This document shows positions 49,047 to 58,595 of a stretch of DNA of 64,000 bases, piece after piece. Under the pieces are notes generated by a model. That model saw only the letters and a list, made by a program, of their open reading frames with translations, ran no database searches and was not told the DNA's origin. How positions within the stretch are numbered: position 1 is the first letter of the stretch; every line of letters begins with the position of its first letter. A program made the translations under genes and the position numbers. The DNA comes from an uncultured Pseudomonadales bacterium (lineage in GTDB: Bacteria > Patescibacteriota > Microgenomatia > UBA1400 > PJMF01), in assembly GCA_964521215.1 (NCBI GenBank), contig CAZFRD010000002.1, forward strand, positions 10,798 to 74,797, written 5' to 3'.

Positions 49047-49998
49047 CCAGCGCTCAAAAAAATCTTGGGTATTCTCTATCCTGCTTTTACTCGTGATGAT
49101 GGGCGTGGTGTTTACCCTCCTCACACCCAGCCAACAACCAACATCTGACCAAAATAAAAATTACGATGACACCTACTCAAGCTTTTCCAATGTCGGCTAC
49201 GTTGGGGGCACTTTGGTCATACCCGAAAATCTACCAGTGTACCAACAAGCAACTTGGGAAGATCCATTGCTACTCAAAAACCAATTTGTTGCCCAGTTCA
49301 ACCTGGCGGGTGATCCCGAAGATCCCACGCTTTGGCAAAACGAAAATTTGACGATCACGCAAATAGATGAGCCAACTCGCTATGTTTTGGAATATCTGCC
49401 AGACGAAGAGGAAGCAAGCAACCCAGCTCAAGTTCAACCCGCTAGTTACCCCGATCCCACCCAAATTGCCAACAGTTGGATTAATCAACATTTCACCACT
49501 TATTCACTCACGGCCGTAAGTTCGGAAGTTGAGTATCTAACCGGCGAGTATGAACTGGTAAAAACATCTAAATCGCTCACCACTTTGGTCAAAATTCCCT
49601 ACGCCCAAACTGCGGGCAACTACCCAGTCCAAACCGAATTAACCGATAGTTACCCGCTAATTCTTTGGGTCGACACACAGAAAAACTTGGTTAAAAAAGT
49701 AGTTTTTTACCCCACCTTGGTAACTTTCAAATCAGGAGAGGAACTGCCCACTATTAGTGTGGATGAGGCGGTAAAAAACATTAACTCGGAAAAGGAAGCG
49801 CGCATCATCAAATCTGATTTTACGCCCATTGAACCATATTCACTCGAACAAATTAAAAGTGGCAACCTAACCAGTGGCAAAATCGTTTACCGAGTGGCTT
49901 CCAACCAGTTGTTAAAACCCTTTTACTTCTTTAAAGGCAATTTAACCGACAGCAACAACATCGGATTTGAAGCTGAGATTGTGGTTCCCGCTATCTAA
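49018..49998 (+). CDS. Membrane-anchored hypothetical protein (T4SS locus)
   Basis: Single N-terminal TM segment; overlaps the M23 gene. Confidence 0.62.
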   Translation: MLKPVIHLINQRSKKSWVFSILLLLVMMGVVFTLLTPSQQPTSDQNKNYDDTYSSFSNVGYVGGTLVIPENLPVYQQATWEDPLLLKNQFVAQFNLAGDPEDPTLWQNENLTITQIDEPTRYVLEYLPDEEEASNPAQVQPASYPDPTQIANSWINQHFTTYSLTAVSSEVEYLTGEYELVKTSKSLTTLVKIPYAQTAGNYPVQTELTDSYPLILWVDTQKNLVKKVVFYPTLVTFKSGEELPTISVDEAVKNINSEKEARIIKSDFTPIEPYSLEQIKSGNLTSGKIVYRVASNQLLKPFYFFKGNLTDSNNIGFEAEIVVPAI

Positions 49999-50052
49999 GC
50001 CTTCTCTGCTTGGGGTGTCTGCTGTTACAATCACATAGACCCACTGCCCACT

Positions 50053-51255
50053 ATGAAAGAACATCCGATTCCCCAAGATATTACTAACTACCGATTTCAC
50101 ATCGTGGGCAGTATGACCCTAAAGCAGTTTTTGGAAATTGGGGCGGGCATTGTGTTCGCCGCCATCTTGTACAAAACTGGTCTCCCCGTTTTCATTAAGT
50201 GGCCCGCCATCGTCATTTCGGCTCTCACGGGTGCGGCCGCCGCTTTCTTACCCATCGAGGAGCGGCCGCTAGACCACTGGATCACCACCTACATCCGAGT
50301 TTTGTACAAACCCACCCAATTTTTCTGGAAACGGGAACCAAAGATACCCGCGCTCTTTACCTTCACCGCCAACACCGCCAACAACAACGCCGAATCGGAA
50401 TTTGACCTCTCTCCAATTAAACGTGAAAGAATCAAAGAATATATGGCTTCGCTTCACCAACCAAGCTCTAAGGACAACCAATATGACACCGCCCAACAAG
50501 TAAAAATTGGCGAAATCATCGCCTCTTTTGCCGAAGTTGAACCCACTCACAAACCTACCATCAAAATCAATGTAGAAAAACCCGACCTCCAACCAAGGGT
50601 GAGGGCGCTAAGAAAGCCAGAAGATCACCCTGCGCCCAAACCCACTAGCGTTGCCCCAGAAGTGATTGTGCCGTTTTTATATCCCGAACCAGAAGCTCAG
50701 CCCGCCCCAATAACTCAAGAGATTTTACCCCAATCCGAATCTCGAGTTGGGGTGGCTACTCAACTTAAACCAGATCAGGTGGCCTACTCTATTCGCGTTC
50801 AAGACACACCCCTGGTTCAATTTGCGGAAGAAAAGGAAGAAGAGGAAATGCGAGAGAAATCACCCATCAAACTCCTCACTAACGAAGAACTCCAACAACA
50901 ACTCCAACCCACCCCCTCAACTAAAAAAGACGTTGTGGCCGCTAGTAGCTCCGCTACTTTCAACACCAACCTACCATTTCCCAATGTCCCCAGCGAACCG
51001 AACAAACTGGTTGGTATGGTGCTAACCCAAAATGGAGAATTAATTCCCGGCGCAGTTGTGGAGGTGCATAATGCTCATGGATCAATTGAACGAGCGGTCA
51101 AGTCCAATGCTTTGGGTCAATTTTTTATTACTACCCCACTAACCGCTGGTAAATACGTAATAAAAGTCGAGGCAGATGGCTATCAATTCCCCACCGCCGA
51201 ACTAGTGGTCAACAACTCGGTTTTGCAACCTCTCGAGTTGAGAGCCACCACCTAA
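50053..51255 (+). CDS. PrgI-family (VirB3-like) protein with a C-terminal carboxypeptidase-regulatory-like beta domain
   Basis: HPIPQDI...GSMTLKQF, two TM segments, ERPLDHW; C-terminal IPGAVVEV...SNALGQF...GKY. Confidence 0.8.
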   Translation: MKEHPIPQDITNYRFHIVGSMTLKQFLEIGAGIVFAAILYKTGLPVFIKWPAIVISALTGAAAAFLPIEERPLDHWITTYIRVLYKPTQFFWKREPKIPALFTFTANTANNNAESEFDLSPIKRERIKEYMASLHQPSSKDNQYDTAQQVKIGEIIASFAEVEPTHKPTIKINVEKPDLQPRVRALRKPEDHPAPKPTSVAPEVIVPFLYPEPEAQPAPITQEILPQSESRVGVATQLKPDQVAYSIRVQDTPLVQFAEEKEEEEMREKSPIKLLTNEELQQQLQPTPSTKKDVVAASSSATFNTNLPFPNVPSEPNKLVGMVLTQNGELIPGAVVEVHNAHGSIERAVKSNALGQFFITTPLTAGKYVIKVEADGYQFPTAELVVNNSVLQPLELRATT

Positions 51256-51306
51256 ACTCTACCCATTTTCTAAGTACCCTTGGTTATAGTATGCTAGCAT
51301 AGCCAA

Positions 51307-52179
51307 ATGCCCACCACCCAATCTACGACTACCACCCAACAATTTTTGGATATTTTCGACATTACCAACGATGTGTTAATTCTAAAAAATGGCACCTCAG
51401 CCATCATTCTCACAGTCGATGCCATGAACTTTGGTTTGCTGGCGGAAGAAGAACAAGACGCCATTATGTATGCCTATGCAGGGTTGCTCAATTCCCTCAA
51501 CTATCCCATTCAAATCGTGGTGCAGTCAAAAACCAAAGATGTCACTGGTTACCTCCGAAAGCTTTCGGAACAAGAAGAGAAAACCCAAGATGAAACCATG
51601 CGCAAACGCATTGCTCAATACCGCCTGTTTGTGACCAACCTCATTCATGAGCGCAACGTTTTAGACAAAAGATTTTACGTAGTCATTCCCGCCACCTCAA
51701 TAGAGATGGGTTTTTTGGGCGCCCAAACTTTTATTCCCGGCAAAGATGATTTTAATATTAGCGACGTCGAGCGCAGCGTGATTATCGAAAAAGCCACCAA
51801 CCTGCTCGAGCCCAAGCGCGACCACCTAATTAGTCAATTTGCGAGAATTGGGCTTTTTTCTCGACAACTCAACACCCAAGAAATTATTCAGTTGTTCTAC
51901 GTGAACTACAACCCCGAATCGACCGAGGGTCAAGAAATAGCCGAAAGCTCATCCTATACTAGCGGTCTCGTCCACGCAGACATGGGCACTGCTTACGGTG
52001 GTTCCGAGCCCATTCAAACTGAAACTACCGCGCCCCCAGTCCCAGACAGCTTACCAAACACAACTACTCAAGTTCCTTCACCTCAGCTAAACATACTCAA
52101 CCAACCAGTGGTTAAAACAGCCGGCGTCACCGCAGAACAAACCGTCTGGCCCCAACCAACTAACGAAAGTTATCAATAA
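51307..52179 (+). CDS. Conserved T4SS-associated protein (VirB4 N-terminal-like partner)
   Basis: TTQQFLDI, NFGLLAEEEQDAI, LNSLNYPIQI and KRFYVVIP; lies between PrgI and VirB4. Confidence 0.65.
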   Translation: MPTTQSTTTTQQFLDIFDITNDVLILKNGTSAIILTVDAMNFGLLAEEEQDAIMYAYAGLLNSLNYPIQIVVQSKTKDVTGYLRKLSEQEEKTQDETMRKRIAQYRLFVTNLIHERNVLDKRFYVVIPATSIEMGFLGAQTFIPGKDDFNISDVERSVIIEKATNLLEPKRDHLISQFARIGLFSRQLNTQEIIQLFYVNYNPESTEGQEIAESSSYTSGLVHADMGTAYGGSEPIQTETTAPPVPDSLPNTTTQVPSPQLNILNQPVVKTAGVTAEQTVWPQPTNESYQ

Positions 52180-52180
52180 T

Positions 52181-54079
52181 ATGCCCAAGCTTTCATCCCT
52201 CCTACCATTTGGCAAGAAAAAAACTCCCTCCGAGCAACCGCTGACCAAAGAACAACAGGAGTTAGAAAAAATCAAAAATTTTAGCCGAGGCTTAGTCACT
52301 ATCCAAGACATTATTGCCCCAGAAGCAATAGAAATCGATTTTACTTTTCAAAAAATCAACTCAACCTATACCCGCACGCTGTTTGTCGCTGGCTATCCCC
52401 GAAGCGTCCCCGCTAATTGGCTATCACCCCTGATTAACTACCCCCATCGCATCAGTACATCAATGTTTATCTACCCCGTAGATTCTTCAGAAATTCTCGA
52501 TAACTTAAAACGAAAAATTACAGAAATGGAAGCGGAAATTCAATCAGACTTAAGAGCGGGAAAAATCAGCAACATTAATACCGAGGTGAAGCTGGAAGAC
52601 GCCCGCTACCTAAGAGAGGATTTGGCCAAAGGCTCAGAACGCTTTTTCCAATTTGGTTTATATGTCACCATTACCGCAATTTCCAAAGAGGAATTAGACA
52701 GAGTCACCAAGGCAATCCAGTCATCGCTTGGGTCACTACTTATTGTGTCCAAAAAAGCCACCCTCCAGATGGATGAAGGCTTTAAAACCACCCTCCCCAT
52801 GGGCGTAGACAAACTATTGGTGACGAGAAACATGGACACCACTTCTCTGGCCACCACCTTTCCCTTCACCTCCAGCGAGTTGACTCAAGAAAACGGCATT
52901 ATGTATGGTATCAACGAACACAATGATTCATTAGTCATTTTTGACCGATTTTCAATGGAAAATGCCAATATGTTAATTTTCGCTAAATCTGGTGCTGGTA
53001 AATCATTTACCGTCAAACTTGAGGTGTTACGCCAACTGATGTTTGGCACCGAGGCTATTATTCTTGATCCCGAACATGAATATGAGGAAATGTGTCGGGC
53101 AGTCAATGGCGAATACATCAACTTCACCTTCGGTTCTCAGGCTAAAATTAATCCGTTTGACCTATCCTCTCTCTATGAAGAGGGTGAAAACGAGTTGGGC
53201 CAAAAAATTATTTCGCTCCACGGCCTGCTCAAAGTGATGTTGGGCGCCATGACCCCCCAACAAGATGCGTTGTTGGACAGAGCCTTGGTAGCCGCTTATA
53301 AAGCCAAAGGCATTACTCCAGATCCTTCAACCCAGACCAATGAACCACCACTAATGGAGGACTTATATAAAGCCCTCATTGGTATGGAAAACAAAGAGGC
53401 AGACGATATTAGCGCTCGCCTGGAGAAATTTATCACTGGTTCATTTAGAGGCATTTTTGACCAAGGCTCAAACATTGATATCACTAACCCTCTCACAGTT
53501 TTTTCGGTCAAGGAAATGGAGGAAGGACTTCGTCCGATAGCGATGTATATTATCCTCGACTTTATTTGGACGAGAGTGAAAAAAAATCTCAAAAAAAGGA
53601 TCCTAATAATTGATGAGGCCTGGTACTTCATGAAGCACCCGGACTCCGCTTCTTTTATTCATTCAATGGTCAAAAGAGCTCGTAAGTACTTCTTGGGCAT
53701 TACCACTATTACTCAAGACGTTGAGGATTTTTTACACAACGACTTTGGCAAAGCCATTGTGTCTAATGCTTCAATTCAATTTTTGATGAAACAATCAACC
53801 GCCTCTATTCCCGTTTTGGCGGAAACATTCTACTTATCCCAAGGCGAGCGCCAGCTCTTAGTGACCGCCGATATTGGAGAGGGCATCTTCTTTGCTGGCC
53901 AAAACCACGTAGCTCTGAGGGTGGTGGCTAGCCCAGAGGAACACTCCCTAATTACCACCAACCCGGAGGAGCTATTACAAAAACGAGAGCAGCAAGTCGC
54001 CAGCGTGGTCAACAACGCTGTGTTTACGGGCTCTACCATTGCTGATTACGCTCCTCCCCCTCAAAATACTCAGGGATGA
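52181..54079 (+). CDS. virB4: VirB4/TraE-like secretion ATPase
   Basis: NANMLIFAKSGAGKS Walker A, DPEHEY, INPFD, IIDEAW Walker B, KRARKY and TQD motifs. Confidence 0.85.
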   Translation: MPKLSSLLPFGKKKTPSEQPLTKEQQELEKIKNFSRGLVTIQDIIAPEAIEIDFTFQKINSTYTRTLFVAGYPRSVPANWLSPLINYPHRISTSMFIYPVDSSEILDNLKRKITEMEAEIQSDLRAGKISNINTEVKLEDARYLREDLAKGSERFFQFGLYVTITAISKEELDRVTKAIQSSLGSLLIVSKKATLQMDEGFKTTLPMGVDKLLVTRNMDTTSLATTFPFTSSELTQENGIMYGINEHNDSLVIFDRFSMENANMLIFAKSGAGKSFTVKLEVLRQLMFGTEAIILDPEHEYEEMCRAVNGEYINFTFGSQAKINPFDLSSLYEEGENELGQKIISLHGLLKVMLGAMTPQQDALLDRALVAAYKAKGITPDPSTQTNEPPLMEDLYKALIGMENKEADDISARLEKFITGSFRGIFDQGSNIDITNPLTVFSVKEMEEGLRPIAMYIILDFIWTRVKKNLKKRILIIDEAWYFMKHPDSASFIHSMVKRARKYFLGITTITQDVEDFLHNDFGKAIVSNASIQFLMKQSTASIPVLAETFYLSQGERQLLVTADIGEGIFFAGQNHVALRVVASPEEHSLITTNPEELLQKREQQVASVVNNAVFTGSTIADYAPPPQNTQG

Positions 54080-54113
54080 GGCTATTTATCAGTGTATTTT
54101 TCCCCTTGCAGAG

Positions 54114-54134
54114 TGTGGGAAACTTTGTGTATAA
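54114..54134. promoter_or_regulatory. DnaA boxes upstream of dnaA
   Basis: TGTGGGAAA (54114, one mismatch) and TGTGTATAA (54126, reverse match to TTWTNCACA). Confidence 0.65.
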
Positions 54135-54160
54135 CTTCCAAGTATATTTGGGGTGGAAAT

Positions 54161-55627
54161 ATGTCCTTACAATCTTTTTCCAAAGACGAGGTGTCTTTAG
54201 TTTGGAACAAAACCTGTTCCAAACTTGAGGGGCAACTCTCGCCGGCGGTGTATAACACCTGGATTTTAGCCAATCCCCTCACCCAAGTGGTGGATCAAAA
54301 TTCCACCCTCATTGCTACCATCACTAGTCCGACCGCTTTTCACGCCACCAACTTAAAAAGAAATCTCAACCAACAACTCACTACCGCTCTTTCCCAAGTC
54401 GTTGGCAAAGAAGTGATTGTCCAGTACGAGGTGGGTAGCGCTCAAGAAAGCCAGGGGGCTGAGCGCAACTCTTGGTCGACAATAAAAACCAACGTGGGAG
54501 GTAACTCATTCAACCCGGGGGACACCAAGTCTCCGTTGGTGGCCGATTTGTTCTCTGATACCACCATTAAACAGTCGGAGGTAGATCGATCGCAGTTTAG
54601 AGCCAAACAAATCGGCCTCAACCCCGACTTTATTTTTGCTTCATTCGCCGTTTCTTCGAGTAACGAAATGGCTCATGCGGCCGCCATCGCTGTCTCCAAA
54701 AACCCCGGCGGCTCATATAACCCACTTTTCCTCTATGGGTCGGTGGGTGTGGGCAAAACCCACCTCATGCACGCCATCGGCAACAATCTCGTGGCCCAAA
54801 ATCCCAACGTCAATTTGCTTTACTGTACGGGCGAAGAGTTTACCAATGAAATCGTCCACGCTATTCAAACCAAGCAGGCGGCTAATTTTAAAAAACGTTT
54901 TCGCACCGCCCAAGTTTTACTCATCGACGACATTCAGTTTATTGCGGGCAAAAACACGGTTCAAGAAGAGTTTTTTCACACTTTTAACGCTCTAATTCAA
55001 CAACGTAGTCAAGTGATTCTCGCCTCCGATAGACCACCACAGAATATTTCTCTCCTCGAAGACAGATTGCGCTCTCGCTTTGAAGCCGGACTAATGATAG
55101 ACATTGGTCAACCCACCTTCGAACTAAGAACTGCCATCTTACTGCTCAAGGCAGAACAAGCTCACCTCAACTTTCCCATCGAGTTAGCCAAACAAGTTGC
55201 TGAAGTGATTACTAGCGCCCGAAAAATTGAGGGTTTCATCACCAATATTCGCTCAGAGATCGAGTTAAAACACAGAGAATTAAATGAGGAATTAATTCTC
55301 TCCCTCATTAATCAAGGTGGTGGTGACAAAACCCCCAAATTACTCATCAATCCGTCCGACGTAATCAAGGAGGTAGCTCATTTTTATCAACTCAAACAGT
55401 CTGAGATAAAGGGCAAGCAAAGAATTAAACATCTGGTGGATGCCCGCCATTTAGCCATGTACATTATGAAGGAGGACCTTCAACTTTCTTTGGTGGAAAT
55501 TGGTCGCTGGTTCGCTGGTAGAGATCATACAAGTGTGATCCATGCGGTGCGCAAGGTGACTAAAGACTTGGCGTTTAATTCCAGGCTTCAGCAAGAATTG
55601 CAACAGATAAAAAGTAGGTTGATTTAA
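54161..55627 (+). CDS. dnaA: Chromosomal replication initiator DnaA
   Basis: YNPLFLYGSVGVGKTHL, LLIDDIQF, QEEFFHTFN, RLRSRF and RDHTSVIHA motifs; the ATG at 54161 is preferred as start. Confidence 0.97.
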   Translation: MSLQSFSKDEVSLVWNKTCSKLEGQLSPAVYNTWILANPLTQVVDQNSTLIATITSPTAFHATNLKRNLNQQLTTALSQVVGKEVIVQYEVGSAQESQGAERNSWSTIKTNVGGNSFNPGDTKSPLVADLFSDTTIKQSEVDRSQFRAKQIGLNPDFIFASFAVSSSNEMAHAAAIAVSKNPGGSYNPLFLYGSVGVGKTHLMHAIGNNLVAQNPNVNLLYCTGEEFTNEIVHAIQTKQAANFKKRFRTAQVLLIDDIQFIAGKNTVQEEFFHTFNALIQQRSQVILASDRPPQNISLLEDRLRSRFEAGLMIDIGQPTFELRTAILLLKAEQAHLNFPIELAKQVAEVITSARKIEGFITNIRSEIELKHRELNEELILSLINQGGGDKTPKLLINPSDVIKEVAHFYQLKQSEIKGKQRIKHLVDARHLAMYIMKEDLQLSLVEIGRWFAGRDHTSVIHAVRKVTKDLAFNSRLQQELQQIKSRLI

Positions 55628-55849
55628 GTTGTGAAAAAGTGGTTGAAAAATCCGACAGTCGCTCTGAATAAATTTAACGCTTTGTGAACTGGTGGTAAAT
55701 TAAAGAAAAAATGTTAGTATGTGAGATAAGTTATTCACAAAGCTTACAAGAGAAAATACTCACTTATTATCCACATGCTCCCACATGATGAAAAATAACC
55801 AGTTTTACACAATTATCACCCTGCCTACTAGAACAACTATTATTTCTCT
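55628..55849. other. oriC: Chromosomal origin of replication (oriC)
   Basis: DnaA boxes TGTGAAAAA (55630), TTATTCACA (55731), TTATCCACA (55767) and TTTTACACA (55803), then CTGC and trio-like CTA-CTA-GAA-CAA-CTA-TTA just before dnaN. Confidence 0.85.
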
Positions 55850-56956
55850 ATGAAACTATCAGTTAAACAGACTTCGCTTCAAAAAGTTTTAAGAGTTGTG
55901 CAAAAAAGTGTTTCCACTAAACCACAACTCCCCATCCTTTCCAGCATTTTACTCAAAGCGGAAGGCAAATCACTCTTTCTTTATTCCACCGATCTTTACA
56001 CTGGAGTTGCGGTGGAAGTAGAGGCTGAGGTAGAACGGGAAGGCATTTTTGCCGTACCCGGTAAGTATTTCACTCAGGTGGTTAACTCACTTTCCGCACC
56101 AACCATTAGTCTTGAAGTTAAAGACAACAACTTACTAGTGCAAGCAAAAGATTCCCTTACTAAGCTTGTTGGTCTCAATGCGGAAGATTTTCCAGCCTTT
56201 CCAGTAATTGATGCGACCAAAAAAGTCATCCCCGTCAAGGAGCTTCAAGAGTCATTAATGAGCGTCGCTTTTAGTGCCTCATCAGACCAGACTAGGCCAA
56301 CTTTAACCGGCATTTTATTTTCATTTGAAACCTCCAAGACTCATCTCATCGCCACCGACGGATTTAGGCTTTCTGTTCGCACTATTGACGTTCCCATCGA
56401 AAAAGAAGGCTCAATTTTAGTCCCCGCCAAAGCCCTGGTGGACATTTTTAAAACCTCGGAAGAGGAAAAAGTTACTTCGGTCTCATTTGCTTTATCTACC
56501 GAATTAAAACAGGTGAAATTCGAAGTTGGGTCGTTTGCGTTTTATATTAGGCTTCTTGATGGAGAGTATCCTCCATATAAAAAAATTATCCCCTCGCAAA
56601 TTACAACGACCGTCAGTTGTAACAAAAATGATTTGGAAGAAAAACTGCATCAAGCGCTAATTTTTAATCAGGACAATTCTTTTATCACTCAGTTTAGAAT
56701 TAAAACCGCCGGCGTGACTCTCTTTTCTACCTCTCCCAGCGCCGGCGAAAACACCTCGGAACTAGCCGGAGCTACCGTGAAAGGAGAGGAAGTTACTATT
56801 GCATTTAATACCCGCTATTTACTAGATTTCATTAAGGTGGTGGAGGATGATTGGATTGAGATTGAGATCGCCGAAAGCCTCAAGCCGGCGAGACTAAAAG
56901 TTCAGTCATTACCAGACTTCCAATATGTAGTGATGCCCTTCAGGGTAACCTCATAA
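55850..56956 (+). CDS. dnaN: DNA polymerase III beta clamp
   Basis: LPILSSILL, STDL, RPTLTGI, ATDGFRLS, GEYPPY and VVMP motifs. Confidence 0.96.
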   Translation: MKLSVKQTSLQKVLRVVQKSVSTKPQLPILSSILLKAEGKSLFLYSTDLYTGVAVEVEAEVEREGIFAVPGKYFTQVVNSLSAPTISLEVKDNNLLVQAKDSLTKLVGLNAEDFPAFPVIDATKKVIPVKELQESLMSVAFSASSDQTRPTLTGILFSFETSKTHLIATDGFRLSVRTIDVPIEKEGSILVPAKALVDIFKTSEEEKVTSVSFALSTELKQVKFEVGSFAFYIRLLDGEYPPYKKIIPSQITTTVSCNKNDLEEKLHQALIFNQDNSFITQFRIKTAGVTLFSTSPSAGENTSELAGATVKGEEVTIAFNTRYLLDFIKVVEDDWIEIEIAESLKPARLKVQSLPDFQYVVMPFRVTS

Positions 56957-56979
56957 TTTATAGTGTATAATGCCCCCTT

Positions 56980-57117
56980 ATGGCAAAACGAACTTGGCAA
57001 CCAAAAAAGAAAAAAAGACAAAAAAAACACGGGTTTTTATCTAGGATGAGAACTCTAACGGGTAGAAGTCTGCTCAAGCGCAGACGATCCAAGGGGAGAA
57101 AATCCTTAACCGTGTAA
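56980..57117 (+). CDS. rpmH: 50S ribosomal protein L34
   Basis: Not in the ORF track; manual translation gives [45 protein letters not shown]. Confidence 0.95.
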   Translation: MAKRTWQPKKKKRQKKHGFLSRMRTLTGRSLLKRRRSKGRKSLTV

Positions 57118-57135
57118 TTGGCTTTTTTGACGTTC

Positions 57136-57333
57136 ATGAAAAACAAAATCCTGCTACATTTACAAGTTTTTACTAAAACACTAAGAGTTAGTCTTTTACA
57201 AAACACATTTGGTTTTACTTCTCAGTGCAAACACTCCCCCACTTGTGGCGATTATTGTTTCGAGATGATGCGAAAACACGGTGTATATAAGGGGCTACTA
57301 TTAGGATTTGGGCGTCTAAAATCCTGTCGGTAG
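57136..57333 (+). CDS. yidD: Membrane protein insertion efficiency factor YidD
   Basis: CKHSPTCGDY...KHGVYKGLLLGFGRLKSC; lies between rpmH and yidC. Confidence 0.8.
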   Translation: MKNKILLHLQVFTKTLRVSLLQNTFGFTSQCKHSPTCGDYCFEMMRKHGVYKGLLLGFGRLKSCR

Positions 57334-57348
57334 TAAAGAAAGAAGAGT

Positions 57349-58110
57349 ATGGAAAACCTAAGTCTATTTATGGCAACATTTAATTACTACTTTTCTTTAC
57401 TACTGGCTTTTTTAAGCCAACTAACTGGCAACCTGGGCTTGGGAATTACCTTGTTTACCATTGTTTTACGTATGGTTTTATTCCCCCTCACTCTTAGCTC
57501 GCTCAAGGCAGCGAGGAAAATGAGGTTGCTCCAACCAGAACTAACCAAACTCCAAAAACTTCACAAAGGAGATGCGTCTGGGTTGCAAAAGGCCCAACTC
57601 AAGCTCTATCAAGACAATAAAATTAATCCTCTCGCCGGCTGTCTACCTCAAATTTTACAACTAGTTTTATTAATTGTGTTGTACCAAGGTTTAATCCACT
57701 TTTTCTCACTCGAACAAGTGGGTGGGTATGTCATCAATCCGTCTTTTTTGTGGATGAATTTGGGTAAGCCGGATCAGTTTTATATTTTGCCAATTTTGGC
57801 TGGAGTCTCGCAATTTGGATTATCACTCCTAATGATGGGGCCCATTGGTAAGGCAGAAAAAAATAAGAAGGCAGAAAACAGTAAGAAAGTAGAGAAAAAT
57901 AAGAAAGATGAGGCAGAAGGGCCAGATATGGCCTCCATGATGCAAAAACAAATGCTCTACGTAATGCCTATTTTTAGCGCCTTTATTGCCCTAAAATTAC
58001 CAGCTGGTCTGGTGTTGTATTGGGTGGTTTCTACGGTTGTTAGCACCATTCAACAACTGTATGCCAATCGGGCAGCCGATAAAGACTCAGGCGCACTGAT
58101 TAAGAGATAA
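57349..58110 (+). CDS. yidC: YidC/Oxa1 membrane insertase
   Basis: TIVLRMVLFPL, LQPEL, INPLAGCLP and LPAGLVLYW motifs. Confidence 0.93.
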   Translation: MENLSLFMATFNYYFSLLLAFLSQLTGNLGLGITLFTIVLRMVLFPLTLSSLKAARKMRLLQPELTKLQKLHKGDASGLQKAQLKLYQDNKINPLAGCLPQILQLVLLIVLYQGLIHFFSLEQVGGYVINPSFLWMNLGKPDQFYILPILAGVSQFGLSLLMMGPIGKAEKNKKAENSKKVEKNKKDEAEGPDMASMMQKQMLYVMPIFSAFIALKLPAGLVLYWVVSTVVSTIQQLYANRAADKDSGALIKR

Positions 58111-58130
58111 AAATAATTAGAGGAGAGTTT

Positions 58131-58595
58131 ATGGACATTCAACAATTCATTGAAAAAATACTAGAACACGCTGGCGTAGCTCAGGCCGAAGTCGCTGTGA
58201 CTGATTTGGAAAAAGAAATAGTTGTCAGCATTAAAGTTTCTGAGGAAGAGGCTGGACTACTCGTTGGTAGACATGGGGAAACACTCACGGCGCTCCAAAG
58301 ACTCGCAAGAGTTTTGTACGGACAAAACAACGCCGAAAAACGGCTTGTGGTTGACATTAACGACTACCGTGCGAAACGACTAGACAACATCCGTTCTTTG
58401 CTTATCACAGCGGCCGACAAAGTATTAGAAACTGGACAACCAACCACCCTAAACACTTACCTTTCGCCGTCAGAAAGATATTTTGTTCACTCAACCCTGG
58501 GCGAAGACCCCAAATATACGGGACTCGAAAGTTTCTCGATTGGAGAAGATCGGGGTAGAAGAATAATTATTCAACCAAAGGAAAATCACGCATGA
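58131..58595 (+). CDS. jag: Jag/KhpB RNA-binding protein (KH + R3H domains)
   Basis: GLLVGRHGETLTALQ, VDINDYR and ERYFVH motifs. Confidence 0.88.
   Translation: MDIQQFIEKILEHAGVAQAEVAVTDLEKEIVVSIKVSEEEAGLLVGRHGETLTALQRLARVLYGQNNAEKRLVVDINDYRAKRLDNIRSLLITAADKVLETGQPTTLNTYLSPSERYFVHSTLGEDPKYTGLESFSIGEDRGRRIIIQPKENHA

Noticed and set aside
27058-54079. Integrative conjugative element or prophage
   Set aside because: No integrase, relaxase, att repeats or phage structural genes were recognised, and the locus is embedded beside dnaA.
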